The notes under the pieces were generated by a model. It made no database searches and was not told the origin of the DNA. It saw only the letters and a list, made by a program, of their open reading frames with translations. Positions 1 to 10,033 of a stretch of 64,000 bases of DNA are shown piece by piece. Both the position numbers and the translations under genes were made by a program. Each line of letters begins with the position of its first letter. Within the stretch, counting starts at the first letter, position 1. The DNA is from Eledone cirrhosa (lineage: Eukaryota), in the NCBI GenBank assembly GCA_964016885.1, contig OZ024744.1, positions 52,514,001 through 52,578,000 on the forward strand, written 5' to 3'.

Positions 1-233
1 AGCTGGGTGGTAATCTCAGTTTTCGCTCCTGTGCGGCGGAAATTTAATTAAACAAATTATTGAAAATTTAAAAATGTTCCTAACTGTAATAATGTGTGAC
101 GTTGACAGCGAAAAGAGAGGGAAAGAGGCAGATACAAGCGTTATATCTCCCTCTATTTCCATAGAAGTATCTATGGAGACAAACAACAACAAAATTTCGT
201 TTCGTAAATAAATGGGTATTTGCACAATAAAAG

Positions 234-1400
234 ATGAAAATAACAGCCCACAACAGACACCAAAAAATGCAGAAAATGCAGAAATTGAAACAATTAACAC
301 AACTGCACACGAAAAAACCAACAACAACAAAAATGAAAAAAACAACATTCGCACAGAGTGTAATAAAAAAAACAACAGAATATAAAGAGTTGGACATCAG
401 CAATTCAAGACAGATGTCTGATGCGAGACAATTTAGAACATTTGAAGAAAAGGGTGGGTTTCAAATAAACTGATCCTTGGAAATTAAACAAGAAACAGTT
501 CGAAGAACGGTAACCTTCAGAACTGTCTCAAATCAAATAAAAAAGCCGGTATTCCTCAGTCAAGGGGAAATTGAAACTACCTTGAAAGAGGCTCTGCCGG
601 ACATTGATTTTATGCAGAGGGCCAGACTATATGGAAATATTTCGGTACTTTTTAAAAGCGAGACCCTCGCACAAAAGCATTCTGTTACACCAGTCATCAC
701 AAAAAACACACACATTTTTCCCTACTTACATGGGAAAAAGAACACAAAAAATTAAAATAATTAACATACCACCAAACATCAACATTTGGTGGATCTTAGC
801 AGGGTTCATAGAGCCAGAAAGTGACACAATTCTTTCGGTCAGGAAGTCGGCCAGACAAAGGTGGGCGGGTACCAATTTGGAGATTCTGGTGCAGATGAGG
901 CCGGAGAGAATCTCCAAAATCTCTGAAAAGGTCCTAGTCGACAACAACAACTACATTAACATTTCGGTTGAGGGACGAAAACCACATAGCTTTCGCTGCA
1001 ATAGCACCACACATCTAAATGCCTCCTGCCCATTACAAACACGCTCAACCAAAACAATCCAAATGTAAACACTGTTACCAACACCAAAATAACCACCACC
1101 ACAACAACAACAACACACGAAAGAAGCAAACACACCAAAACAAAAAGCCACTCAACCAACAACAACAGAAAAAACACAGACAACACCCCTGAAGAACACA
1201 GCACCACTCCATCAAACACTACCACAAACACACACGCCGAAAACCACCGCCACACAATATACCCCTACCCCACACTCCTGACGATGATTATTCACGAACA
1301 GATGAGGCTTCTTCTTCTTTAAGTGAAGAAGGAGAGCCTCGAAAATCTAAAAAAAAAAAAAGAGACACCACAAAACCCCCAAAACTCCTAGCTTTCTAGC
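234..1400 (+). mobile_element. Degenerate ORF1 of a divergent Tx1/L1-clade LINE (frameshifted)
   Basis: ORFs 477-755 and 604-1068 align by eye to ORF1 at 8214-9227: RRTVTFRTV vs RLCTVSYRTI; IKIINIPPNINIWWIL vs VKIRVTHVPPAIEIPWLI; VEGRKPHSFRCNSTTHLNASCP vs VEGRRPRCVVCGEGTHLRAFCP (zinc knuckle, first Cys lost). Thr/Pro-rich linker follows. Confidence 0.75.
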
Positions 1401-1898
1401 AACCAGCCTACCCGCCGTAAGCAACCAATCACATTCTTTCCAACTTGACCACGGCCATATTGTGATTCTAAGCCATTTTCGAATCTAATTTTGGCGCGAT
1501 CGCTTTGGAATACTAAGTGTCTATTTTTGAGTTTGTCTCCTGATGAATCCGAACTCTGTGGATTTCCTATTAATTGGATATCTAAAAATACGGATGAAAT
1601 CATGGTAGAGATATAGTTACGGTATGTACACATTTCTTCTAAGTTTGAATTTACACCAAATTATGTATGGTTGATTGTATATTTGGTCAGTTTCTACATG
1701 CTGTCGAAATGTTGGATACATACTCTATTGAGGCCACCGCGAAGAGGCCACTTTCGTTTGTTTGTCGGAGATTTCTTCATAGGAGCCTTTATCCTTAGAG
1801 CTTGGTCTAATTGATTTTTTATATGGTTAATTATGCTGATTGGCAGAGGAAGTGATATATATTTTATTTATCTAATAATTCTATAGACATGATTTATG
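1400..1898 (+). mobile_element. PLE-like non-coding relic carrying a hammerhead ribozyme, ending in (TA)n
   Basis: Contains the HHR at 1534-1613. Its 3' ~85 bp (1812-1898) recurs as the palindrome at 31172-31348. Left boundary approximate. Confidence 0.55.
1534..1613 (+). ncRNA. Type I hammerhead ribozyme motif
   Basis: tgtctc-CTGATGA-atccg...cggat-GAAA-tcatgg-TA-gagata. Stem I 6 bp, stem II 5 bp, near-palindromic stem III, GUA cleavage triplet. Confidence 0.8.
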
Positions 1899-1939
<41 letters not shown>

Positions 1940-1955
1940 TCAATATCCATATATT

Positions 1956-2036
<81 letters not shown>
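1898..2036. repeat. (TA)n microsatellite
   Basis: Direct reading. Confidence 0.95.
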
Positions 2037-2039
<3 letters not shown>

Positions 2040-2172
2040 AAAGTTAAACAACGTTCAATGCTTACATCAAAGAATGAGTTTTACAATAGATTGGAAGCAC
2101 TCAACTGCAAAAAGGTTTTCCAGAGTTATGTATCATTTTATTTTATGTATCATTTATTATTCTGTATCATTT

Positions 2173-2239
2173 TATTTTATGTGATGAGGACGTACTGTTG
2201 AACTTAACTCAGTACCTCTGAAATATGTATAATAAAATA
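2173..2239 (+). ncRNA. Degenerate type I hammerhead ribozyme motif (C3G)
   Basis: tattttat-GTGATGA-ggacgtactg...cagtacctct-GAAA-tatgta-TA-ataaaata. Stem I 8 bp perfect; core C3 mutated. Confidence 0.55.
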
Positions 2240-2844
2240 TAATTGATCACAAGAATATCTATTTTGTTAATATTTTGAATTAATATATATATATGTACAC
2301 ACAGCACAATATATACTACACAGCTTTTTCAGATACCGTCTAGTGGTTCATAAAATGAAAAAAAAAAAAGAAAAAATGCAGTTGCCATATTGTTATGAGG
2401 CGATGTTATGTGTGAATGTGTCTTGTTTCTAAACATATGCTGCTCAATCCATTGACAATAACGACAACTCTTATCAAAGAAAAAAAGACAAAAAATTCCT
2501 TCGCGTTACCTCTGTTGTGTTTATGGCGTTTGTTTCATTTTGCTAGATTTGTTTTCGGTGTCCTCTCTACCTTTTCTGATTTTATTTAATGATATTTATT
2601 GTTGATTATTTGGTTATTTTCTTTTTAATGTCGGTATATCCTCCATCCCTTTTCTCATTTCATTTTCTTTATCGAGGTGTTTTGATCGAAAAATTGTTGT
2701 CCAGCTCTCTGCTACAACAGATATATCTAATTAGCGTTATTAAGGCTGTTGGGTAGAACAATGATGTCAAGAAAATTTGTTTAATACTTCATACCTTTCT
2801 CACTTTATATGTTTCGTCATTTTGATATTTTTATTGTCTTTATT

Positions 2845-3043
2845 GTGGTTGTTGTTGTTCTTGTTGATGTTGTTGTTTTTTTGTTGTTGTTGTTTCTTCT
2901 TCTTCTTCTTCTTCTTCTTCTTCTTCTTCTTCTTCTTCTTCTTCTTCTCCTTCTCCTCCTCCTCTTCTTCCGCAATCTTCTTCTCCTCCTATTCCTCCAC
3001 CCTCTCTTCCTCCTCATCCTTCTTATCCTCCTCATCCTCCTCC

Positions 3044-3075
<32 letters not shown>

Positions 3076-3160
3076 CTTCTTCTTCTTCTTCTCCGCCCCC
3101 TCCTCCTCCTCCTCCTCATATATATATATATATATATATATTTCTTTTTATATATTTTAC

Positions 3161-3215
<55 letters not shown>
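2845..3215. repeat. Compound (GTT)/(CTT)/(CCT)/(TA) microsatellite
   Basis: Direct reading; explains the low-complexity ORFs here. Confidence 0.95.
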
Positions 3216-3216
<1 letters not shown>

Positions 3217-3459
3217 TTAATTTTGATGGCTTCTTTCTATTTGTCGTACCTATGGCATAGTTCTGCTATTATTCTGCAATTGTTGCAGAACAAGTATAAT
3301 TAAAAGAAAACCAGTTTCCAAAGCAGAATGCTCAAACCTTCACAAATAACAAGGAAAACGTAACAAGTATCACCAGGAAAGAGAGAGAGAGACGGATGAA
3401 AATAAATGTATAATTAAAAATAAAATAAAATAAAATAAAGGAGAGCAGTGTATTGTATA

Positions 3460-3650
3460 AACACACACATGCACACACACACACACACACGCACACACAC
3501 ACATATATATATAGATAGATATGTATCTATATATATATATGTGTATACATATATACACATATATATATAGATACATATCTATATATATATGTGTGTGTGT
3601 TTTATTTTATTTTATTTCTTTTATATATATATATAAATATATATATATAC

Positions 3651-3705
<55 letters not shown>

Positions 3706-3724
3706 CACACTCACACACACACAC

Positions 3725-3820
<96 letters not shown>

Positions 3821-3825
3821 ATATA
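3460..3825. repeat. (CA)/(TA)/(TG) compound microsatellite
   Basis: Direct reading. Confidence 0.95.
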
Positions 3826-3944
3826 GAGAGACACGATATGTATATATGTTGGGATGGATTAGAAGTACCGAATATATGTAAGATTTCACAGTTTCAGAGT
3901 GATCGTTCAATGGTAAATATCCAAGTTGTCCATCAAAATACTTG

Positions 3945-3979
3945 AATAATAATAATAGTAACAACAACAACAACAACAC

Positions 3980-4037
<58 letters not shown>
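3945..4037. repeat. (AAT)n/(AAC)n tract abutting the LINE 3' end
   Basis: Direct reading. Confidence 0.95.
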
Positions 4038-4039
<2 letters not shown>

Positions 4040-4298
4040 TTTCTTTATTAACCACAAGGGTTTACATAAAGTAGACATTAAGGACAGTGCAGGACTATGC
4101 AGGACGGTACAAATGGGCATTTCTGCGTGTAAAAAACAAAAACAGAGGATGTAACAAAAATAACAATGAAAATAACAATGAAAAATTCCCCAATAGGGGG
4201 GAGACTTCCAAGGGACATTTGTGGAGAAAGCCCATTAAAAGACCACAGTGGCCCTGACCACCAGGGCAAGTGCCCTCTCCCAGTTTTCCACCTTTAAT

Positions 4299-7200
4299 TT
4301 ACAGACACATACTCAGAGAAGGCCCATTCATTCGGGCCATACTTGCTTCTCTCACCCATCTTTCAACAAAATGCTGGGAAGAGAGCACTTCCCTCTCTAC
4401 CCTGATTTTCCTTTTCAAATGAAATTTGAAAAAGTTAATCAGGGCATCACCGAAGAGGTAAGTGCTCGTCTTCAGCCCTTTCAAACGTGTCCACCATACT
4501 ATCTCTTTCGCCATGGCCACCAGACAGATAAAAACTGCCTGCCCTTCCAGGCTAAAGGAAGGGGGCGGGGCAATCCTCACGATGGACTCAGCTGATAGCT
4601 GGATCCGTCCTACACGTGACAGCAGGTGTTCGACATAAACCCACAAGTCAGCAATGCTCGGACACTGGACGAGTGCGTGCAGGACGGTTTCGTCGCCCTG
4701 TGCGCATCTCGGACATGCCCGGCTGACGGCACCTCCATGCCTGTAGAGTTTATCCCGAACTGGCAAAGCTCCTCGGTAGCACTGCCAGGCAGGGATTTCT
4801 GGAAGTTGTCCATAGGCCCCGGCCCGAAAGTCCTTCCGAAGAGATTGGCTAGTTGATTTTCGTCGACGCCTAGAGTTTCTCCACTAATCCCCTATAGAAC
4901 GCCAAGGTGGAGTTTCCACCGATCACATTGCCCGATTGGTCGAGGGCTGTGAGCGCCTGAAGACATTCCAGTCTCCAAGCGCTCCCTCTCGGTCTTCGCT
5001 TGACCCAGGACTGCAGCTCCGTCAAGGAGACGAGCTGGGGAAAAACGTGTCTTGCAAACGGCGACCACACCTGATCACCGTCGAGGAAGAGGTGGAGATG
5101 TCGTAGCCTGAGCGCGTGTCTGCGCATCATCAGCCACGGCATGCCCAGCCCTCCACGTAGCGGGTGTTGACAGCAGATGGACCGCCTGACCATCGGAGCG
5201 CGTCCCTTCGACAAGAAGCGAAAGAGCAAACGCTCCAGCGCAGTCAGGCGGGGCTTAGGACAAGGTACGACGGTCAGGCGGTAGTAGATGACGGATGCGA
5301 TGTACGCATTCGCCACCTCCGCTCGACCTTTCAGGGATAGCTTCCTCTCGGCCCATTTCTGGGTGAGAGAAGCCACCCTGCTCGTCACCTCGTCCCAGTT
5401 TTTGTCCGTCTGGAGGTCTGGACCGAACCAGACCCGTAGCAATTTAACCGGTCCGTCCATCCAGCGCCCGACGACGCTGTTGGACGGCACATGGACCTGC
5501 CTCTCCAGGTGCCGAGCTGCAGGCCCACTGACTTTTCCTGGTTGATCATTGCTCCTGTCACCGCTTCGTATTCTCTTAGTGTAGTGTCGATCGCCTCGAT
5601 GTGTTTGGCGTTCGACACCACTACGGTGACATCGTCGGCATATGCTGACACGGGTCTTCCGCATCCTAGTTCGCGCGGGACCCCCCTCAACGTCTCCAGT
5701 TTGTGCAGTAATGGCTCGAGAGTCAATACGTACAATAGGGACGAGAGGGGACATCCTTGGCGGACCGAGCGCATGATGTTGAACGGTTCCGAAAGGTGAC
5801 CGTTCACTCTCACTACAGAGCAGATGTCGCTGTGCATGGCAGCGATCCAGCCTCTGAAGACGGGCTCAAAGCCAGCCGCCCTCAGGACTGCCGTTAGGTA
5901 ACGATGGTCGACCCTATCGAAGGATTTCGACTGATCTAAATTGATAAAAGACCCACCCGTGCCAGGTTCCCTAGCTACCCTCTCTACAATGTATCGCATG
6001 AGGTGGAGGTTGTCGTGGATGGATCTGTCGGGAATGGCGCATGTCTGTGCCTCTCCCACCAAACCATCAACGACAAGCGCCAACCTCTTTGCTAGCACCT
6101 TGGCCAAAATCTTGAACTCTGTGTTTAGCAGAGTTATGGGCCTAAAATTATCTATGTTATCCCCCTTGTTCGGATCCTTTCTCAGCAGCGCCACCGCTCC
6201 TCGGCTCACAGAGCTGGGAATTCTCCCGTTCTGTTGCCAGTTGCAGTAGACGTCCGCCAAGAGGCCTCCGAACAAGTTTGGCATTTGTACGTAAAGTTCA
6301 TAGGGCAGACCATCCAAACCAGGCGATTTACCCCTTGTGCAACTAGTCATTGCATCCCGTACTTCAGCGGTTGTTATCGGCTTTTCGCAACACTCCGCCT
6401 CAGTGGCCGAAAGCCGCGGCAGTCCGTCGAGGTAGACACTAAAGTCCATCCCTCGATCCGGCACGCCACTGCCCCCGAACAGTTGAGCGAAGTGTCGCTG
6501 AAAAGCTTCACACATTTTCCCGGCATCGAGTAGCATGCGCCCGTCGTGGTCCACCAAAGACCGGATCGTGGATTTGTTGCCACGACGCGCCTCCGCCACT
6601 CGGGCCCATTGAACGGCTTTCGTCCCCTCGTGTCTGAGAGCACGCACCCTAGCTCTGACAACGCAGCCTTCGTGCTTTGCATTGAAGAATTGGTCAAGGG
6701 CCAATTTCGCCGCAAGTACGTCGGTCGCGATGCCTTTGCTAAGCGCCTCATCTAATTTTCTAACTAATTCTCCCTCTGCTCTATTTTTCTCTATTGCTAA
6801 AGTCTTACTAAACCTAATGGACTCTATTCTAATTGCTCTTTTCAGAGCAAACCACCACTTGTTGTTGACGATGGCCCCCGTCAACGCCCGCTTAACTAGT
6901 TCGCTAATCCGGTCTCTGTAGGCCTTGCGCGCTGGTAAGGACGCGTTTAGCTTCCAGTAGCCGGGTCCTTGTCTATGAAGCCTATCTAAGTTAAGCACAC
7001 AGATCACGAATTTGTGGTCCGTGTAGCTGACTATCTTGAATTGTGGACAGCCTATGCTAGACCTATCTATTTCCCTACAAAATACTCTATCTAGATATGA
7101 TCTGGATGACCCTATGCGATTTGTCCAAGTCCACATTGGTACATTCGGGAAATCCATTCGGTACCTGTCAGACAGTTCAAAACGTCTGAGCAGGTTGGTG

Positions 7201-7694
7201 AGAATCTTGCACCCTCCTTCCCTATCCACTAATCCCACACAATCCCAGCGTGCATCTAAGATCCCGTTCCAGTCGCCCACTAACACTAAAGAGCGGGTCG
7301 TTCCAAGAAAGGTCTCCAGACGCCGGAAGAAATCAGGCCGCCCTGCTCCTGTCGGGGCATAGACGGCCACTAACCTGAAAGCTTGCCCGTCTCCGCTGGC
7401 CACGTCCAGCACCACCAACTTACCTTCTGGGTCCAGGAAGATGGCCCGTATGGCAAGATCCAAACCTCTCCGAAAAAGCACAGCAACTCCACCCCCCGAT
7501 CCCGGACGGCTGGGAGATGCGTACACATCGTAGCCGCCGAAGATCGGTGCGAAAGCCTGTGCTTCGGAGATTCTGGTCTCGCTGATGGCCACTACATCTA
7601 TGTTTACTGACCTGAGGTCGTTGAGCAGGTGGCCCTGCTTCCATGACGACCCCAAGCCACGCGCATTTATGCTGCCTATTCTGAGTGAGGTCAT
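4299..7694 (-). pseudogene. LINE ORF2: APE endonuclease, reverse transcriptase, zinc finger (disrupted)
   Basis: APE motifs SINARGL, ISET, VGDWN, SYLDR, YTDH. RT motifs KSPGLDGLP, FRPITLLN, QGCPLS, YADD. C-terminal CPRC...ETVLHALVQC. Frameshift near 5490 and a small deletion near 4875 relative to copy 2. Confidence 0.93.
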
Positions 7695-7728
7695 GTTGAA
7701 AAGAAGTGGAAAAGATGGGAAAGACCAC

Positions 7729-9731
7729 TTACCTTACTTCTCGTAGGCGAAGGACGGCTTTTCCATCCTTTTCACTGCTTGTGGCCTCCTCAGGAAGGAT
7801 GTCCTTATAAATCCTCCTGGAGAGTGCTTGTGGGAAGTCTCCGATGTCTTTGGGGAATTTTTGTTTTAGTGTCATGTACGTTTTCTGTGTGATGCGAGTG
7901 ATTTGTATGTGTGGAGGTGGTGTGAATGTTGGGGTTGTTGTGTAGTCTTTTTCTGTGATGCTGGTGTTGTGTTGGATGTAGTGCAATAATTGCTTGTTGT
8001 TCAAATTTAATGCTGTGTAGTGTGTATCGTTTTGGTTCTTTTGTTTTGTTTGCGTTTGTTGTGGGTTTGTTTCTGTTTCGCATTTTGGTGACTTTTGTGG
8101 TGTAGGTGATGGTGGTGTTGGAGTTAATGATGGTGATGGTGTTGGTGTTTGGGTTGATGGGGTTGGTGATGCTGGTGTGGATGGTGGCATATCTGTCCTA
8201 ACTTTTTTGTTTCTTAGTTTATTTGTTTCCCTCTGTATTTTGTTTTTGGAGGGGGAAGGAAGAGAATTTTTTCTTTTTTGGTTTCTTTTTTTTTTTCGGA
8301 TATCGTTTCCCACTCCTCGTCGTCACAATCTGTCTCCAGTTGTGATAGGCCGGGGAGTGGAAAATCCTCCACAGCCGTTAGTTTTGGTTGTGGTGTGGTG
8401 GATGGTGTAGGCGCTGGTGCTAGTTCTGAAGCGTTGGGTGGTGGTGGTGTTGGTTTTGCTGGTGGTGGTAGTGGTGTTGGTTTTGCTACTGTTTCTGGGG
8501 TTGTTGCTGTTATAGTTGCTTCTGTTGTTGCTGCTACAGTTGTTGCTGGCATCTCTGCTACTGGTGGTGTTGATGGTTGTGTCACTGGGGTGGGTAGGAG
8601 GGGTGGCCTCAACCTTTTAGCCTGAGGGCAGAAAGCCCTTAGGTGGGTTCCTTCACCACAAACGACACACCTAGGTCTTCTGCCCTCGACAATTACCGTG
8701 AGGTGGCTGCCGCCAGTGAGGTCTATTACCTCTGGGATCTCCTCAATGCTTTTTTGGTCCGCTTGGATCAGGAGCTCCATCCCAGATCCGGACCAGTTTT
8801 CCTGCTTTTCTTTTGCTATTGCTATTATTTTCGTGTTGGCTTCGATGCCGGCGAGGACAGCCGATATTAGCCAGGGAATTTCGATGGCCGGTGGAACGTG
8901 GGTCACCCTGATCTTTACGAGTCTCTGGCCACAATAGCTTGGGACGAGTGTGAAGTCGTCACTTTTTAATGGGGCCATGGAGTGTTCTCTAGCCTCCTCT
9001 GGTGTTTCAAAGAACACGTCCACGGTTCCATACTTTTGCCCACGTCTGATGTGGGTTTTTCTTGCCCACACATGTCCCAAAGCTTTTTGGATTTTGGACT
9101 CGGATGCCCGTTCCACTCGGCGCGATTTTACATTTATTGTTCTATACGACACGGTGCATAGGCGCCGATGCTCCATTTTATTAGGTGGGGGGTGGGGGTG
9201 AGGGGGTGAGGCTGACCCTGTACCCATCTTTCTTTACCATTTGTTTGGCATTTTCTAATTCCTCCTGAGTTACCGTAAATGCTTCGAATTGTTTTGCTAC
9301 TCTGGCGAAACTGAGGGTCGGTTTTATAATGTCATTGTTGTTGTTGCTATCGTTATTTGTGTTAATATTAATTTTAGTTTCAGGTGTGGTGGTGGTGACG
9401 TCAGTCGTCTTTGGTGGGGAAGAGTCCATTTTGCTTGATTTCATTTCGACATCACGAGTTAATTTATTTTTTTCTTCTTTTGTTTCTGTTGTCGCGGTGG
9501 TGGTGGGGGTGGTGGTTGTCGCGGTGGTGGTGGTGGAGGAGGCTTTAACACCTGCAGTCATTGGTAATGGCGGGAAATGAATGTCTGCCTGAGACAAATT
9601 TAAAATATTGCTAGTGCTTATATTTTTTTTGTGTTGGCAAACGTAGTAACATTTACAATGGTGGTGTCGGTGTGAGGTGTTAATTTGTGAGAAAGGCTTT
9701 CAGCTGCTTCGTGCAGAGGTGAATTAGCCAT
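7729..9731 (-). pseudogene. LINE ORF1 (RRM-like region plus CX2CX4HX4C zinc knuckle), frameshifted
   Basis: ATG at 9731 (MANSPLH; MADSPLH in copy 2). Pieces 9181-9597, 8214-9227 and 7729-8313 join across frameshifts. Motif CVVCGEGTHLRAFC. Confidence 0.85.
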
Positions 9732-9939
9732 TTTTTTTCAAAGACATTTTTTGATAATAATAAAAGTTTAAATTTTGGGCACAAGGCCCCAATCTTTTTG
9801 GGTGTCCTTTTCGGAAAACAATGTGTGTGCGCTTATAAACAGTTAACAATAAAATTTTCCATAAATGACAATTTTTAACAAACGGAAATAACAAACCTTT
9901 GCGGAGCTCACGATGATACGATTTACTACGTAGGTCGCC

Positions 9940-9954
9940 AATAAGAATAATAAT

Positions 9955-10031
<77 letters not shown>
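9940..10031. repeat. (AAT)n tract between head-to-head LINEs
   Basis: Direct reading. Confidence 0.95.

Positions 10032-10033
<2 letters not shown>

Larger units (their letters stand above)
4038..9939 (-). mobile_element. Full-length Tx1/L1-clade non-LTR retrotransposon (copy 1), inserted in (ATT)n
   Basis: ORF1 with CCHC knuckle plus ORF2 with APE, RT and C-terminal zinc finger. The 5' end GGCGACCTACGTAG is identical and the 3' end near-identical to the copy at 58158-63667. Both ends abut (AAT)n on + strand. Confidence 0.95.

Noticed and set aside
1896-3881. ORFs rich in IY, L, R, F, VC or N (also at 17.4, 25.4, 37.4, 39.8 and 52.3 kb)
   Set aside because: Translations of stop-free microsatellites.
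5288-9580. Many 60-110 aa plus-strand ORFs over the Tx1 element, and antisense ORFs over the Dong copies
   Set aside because: Shadow frames of TE coding sequence; they recur only because the TE is repeated.
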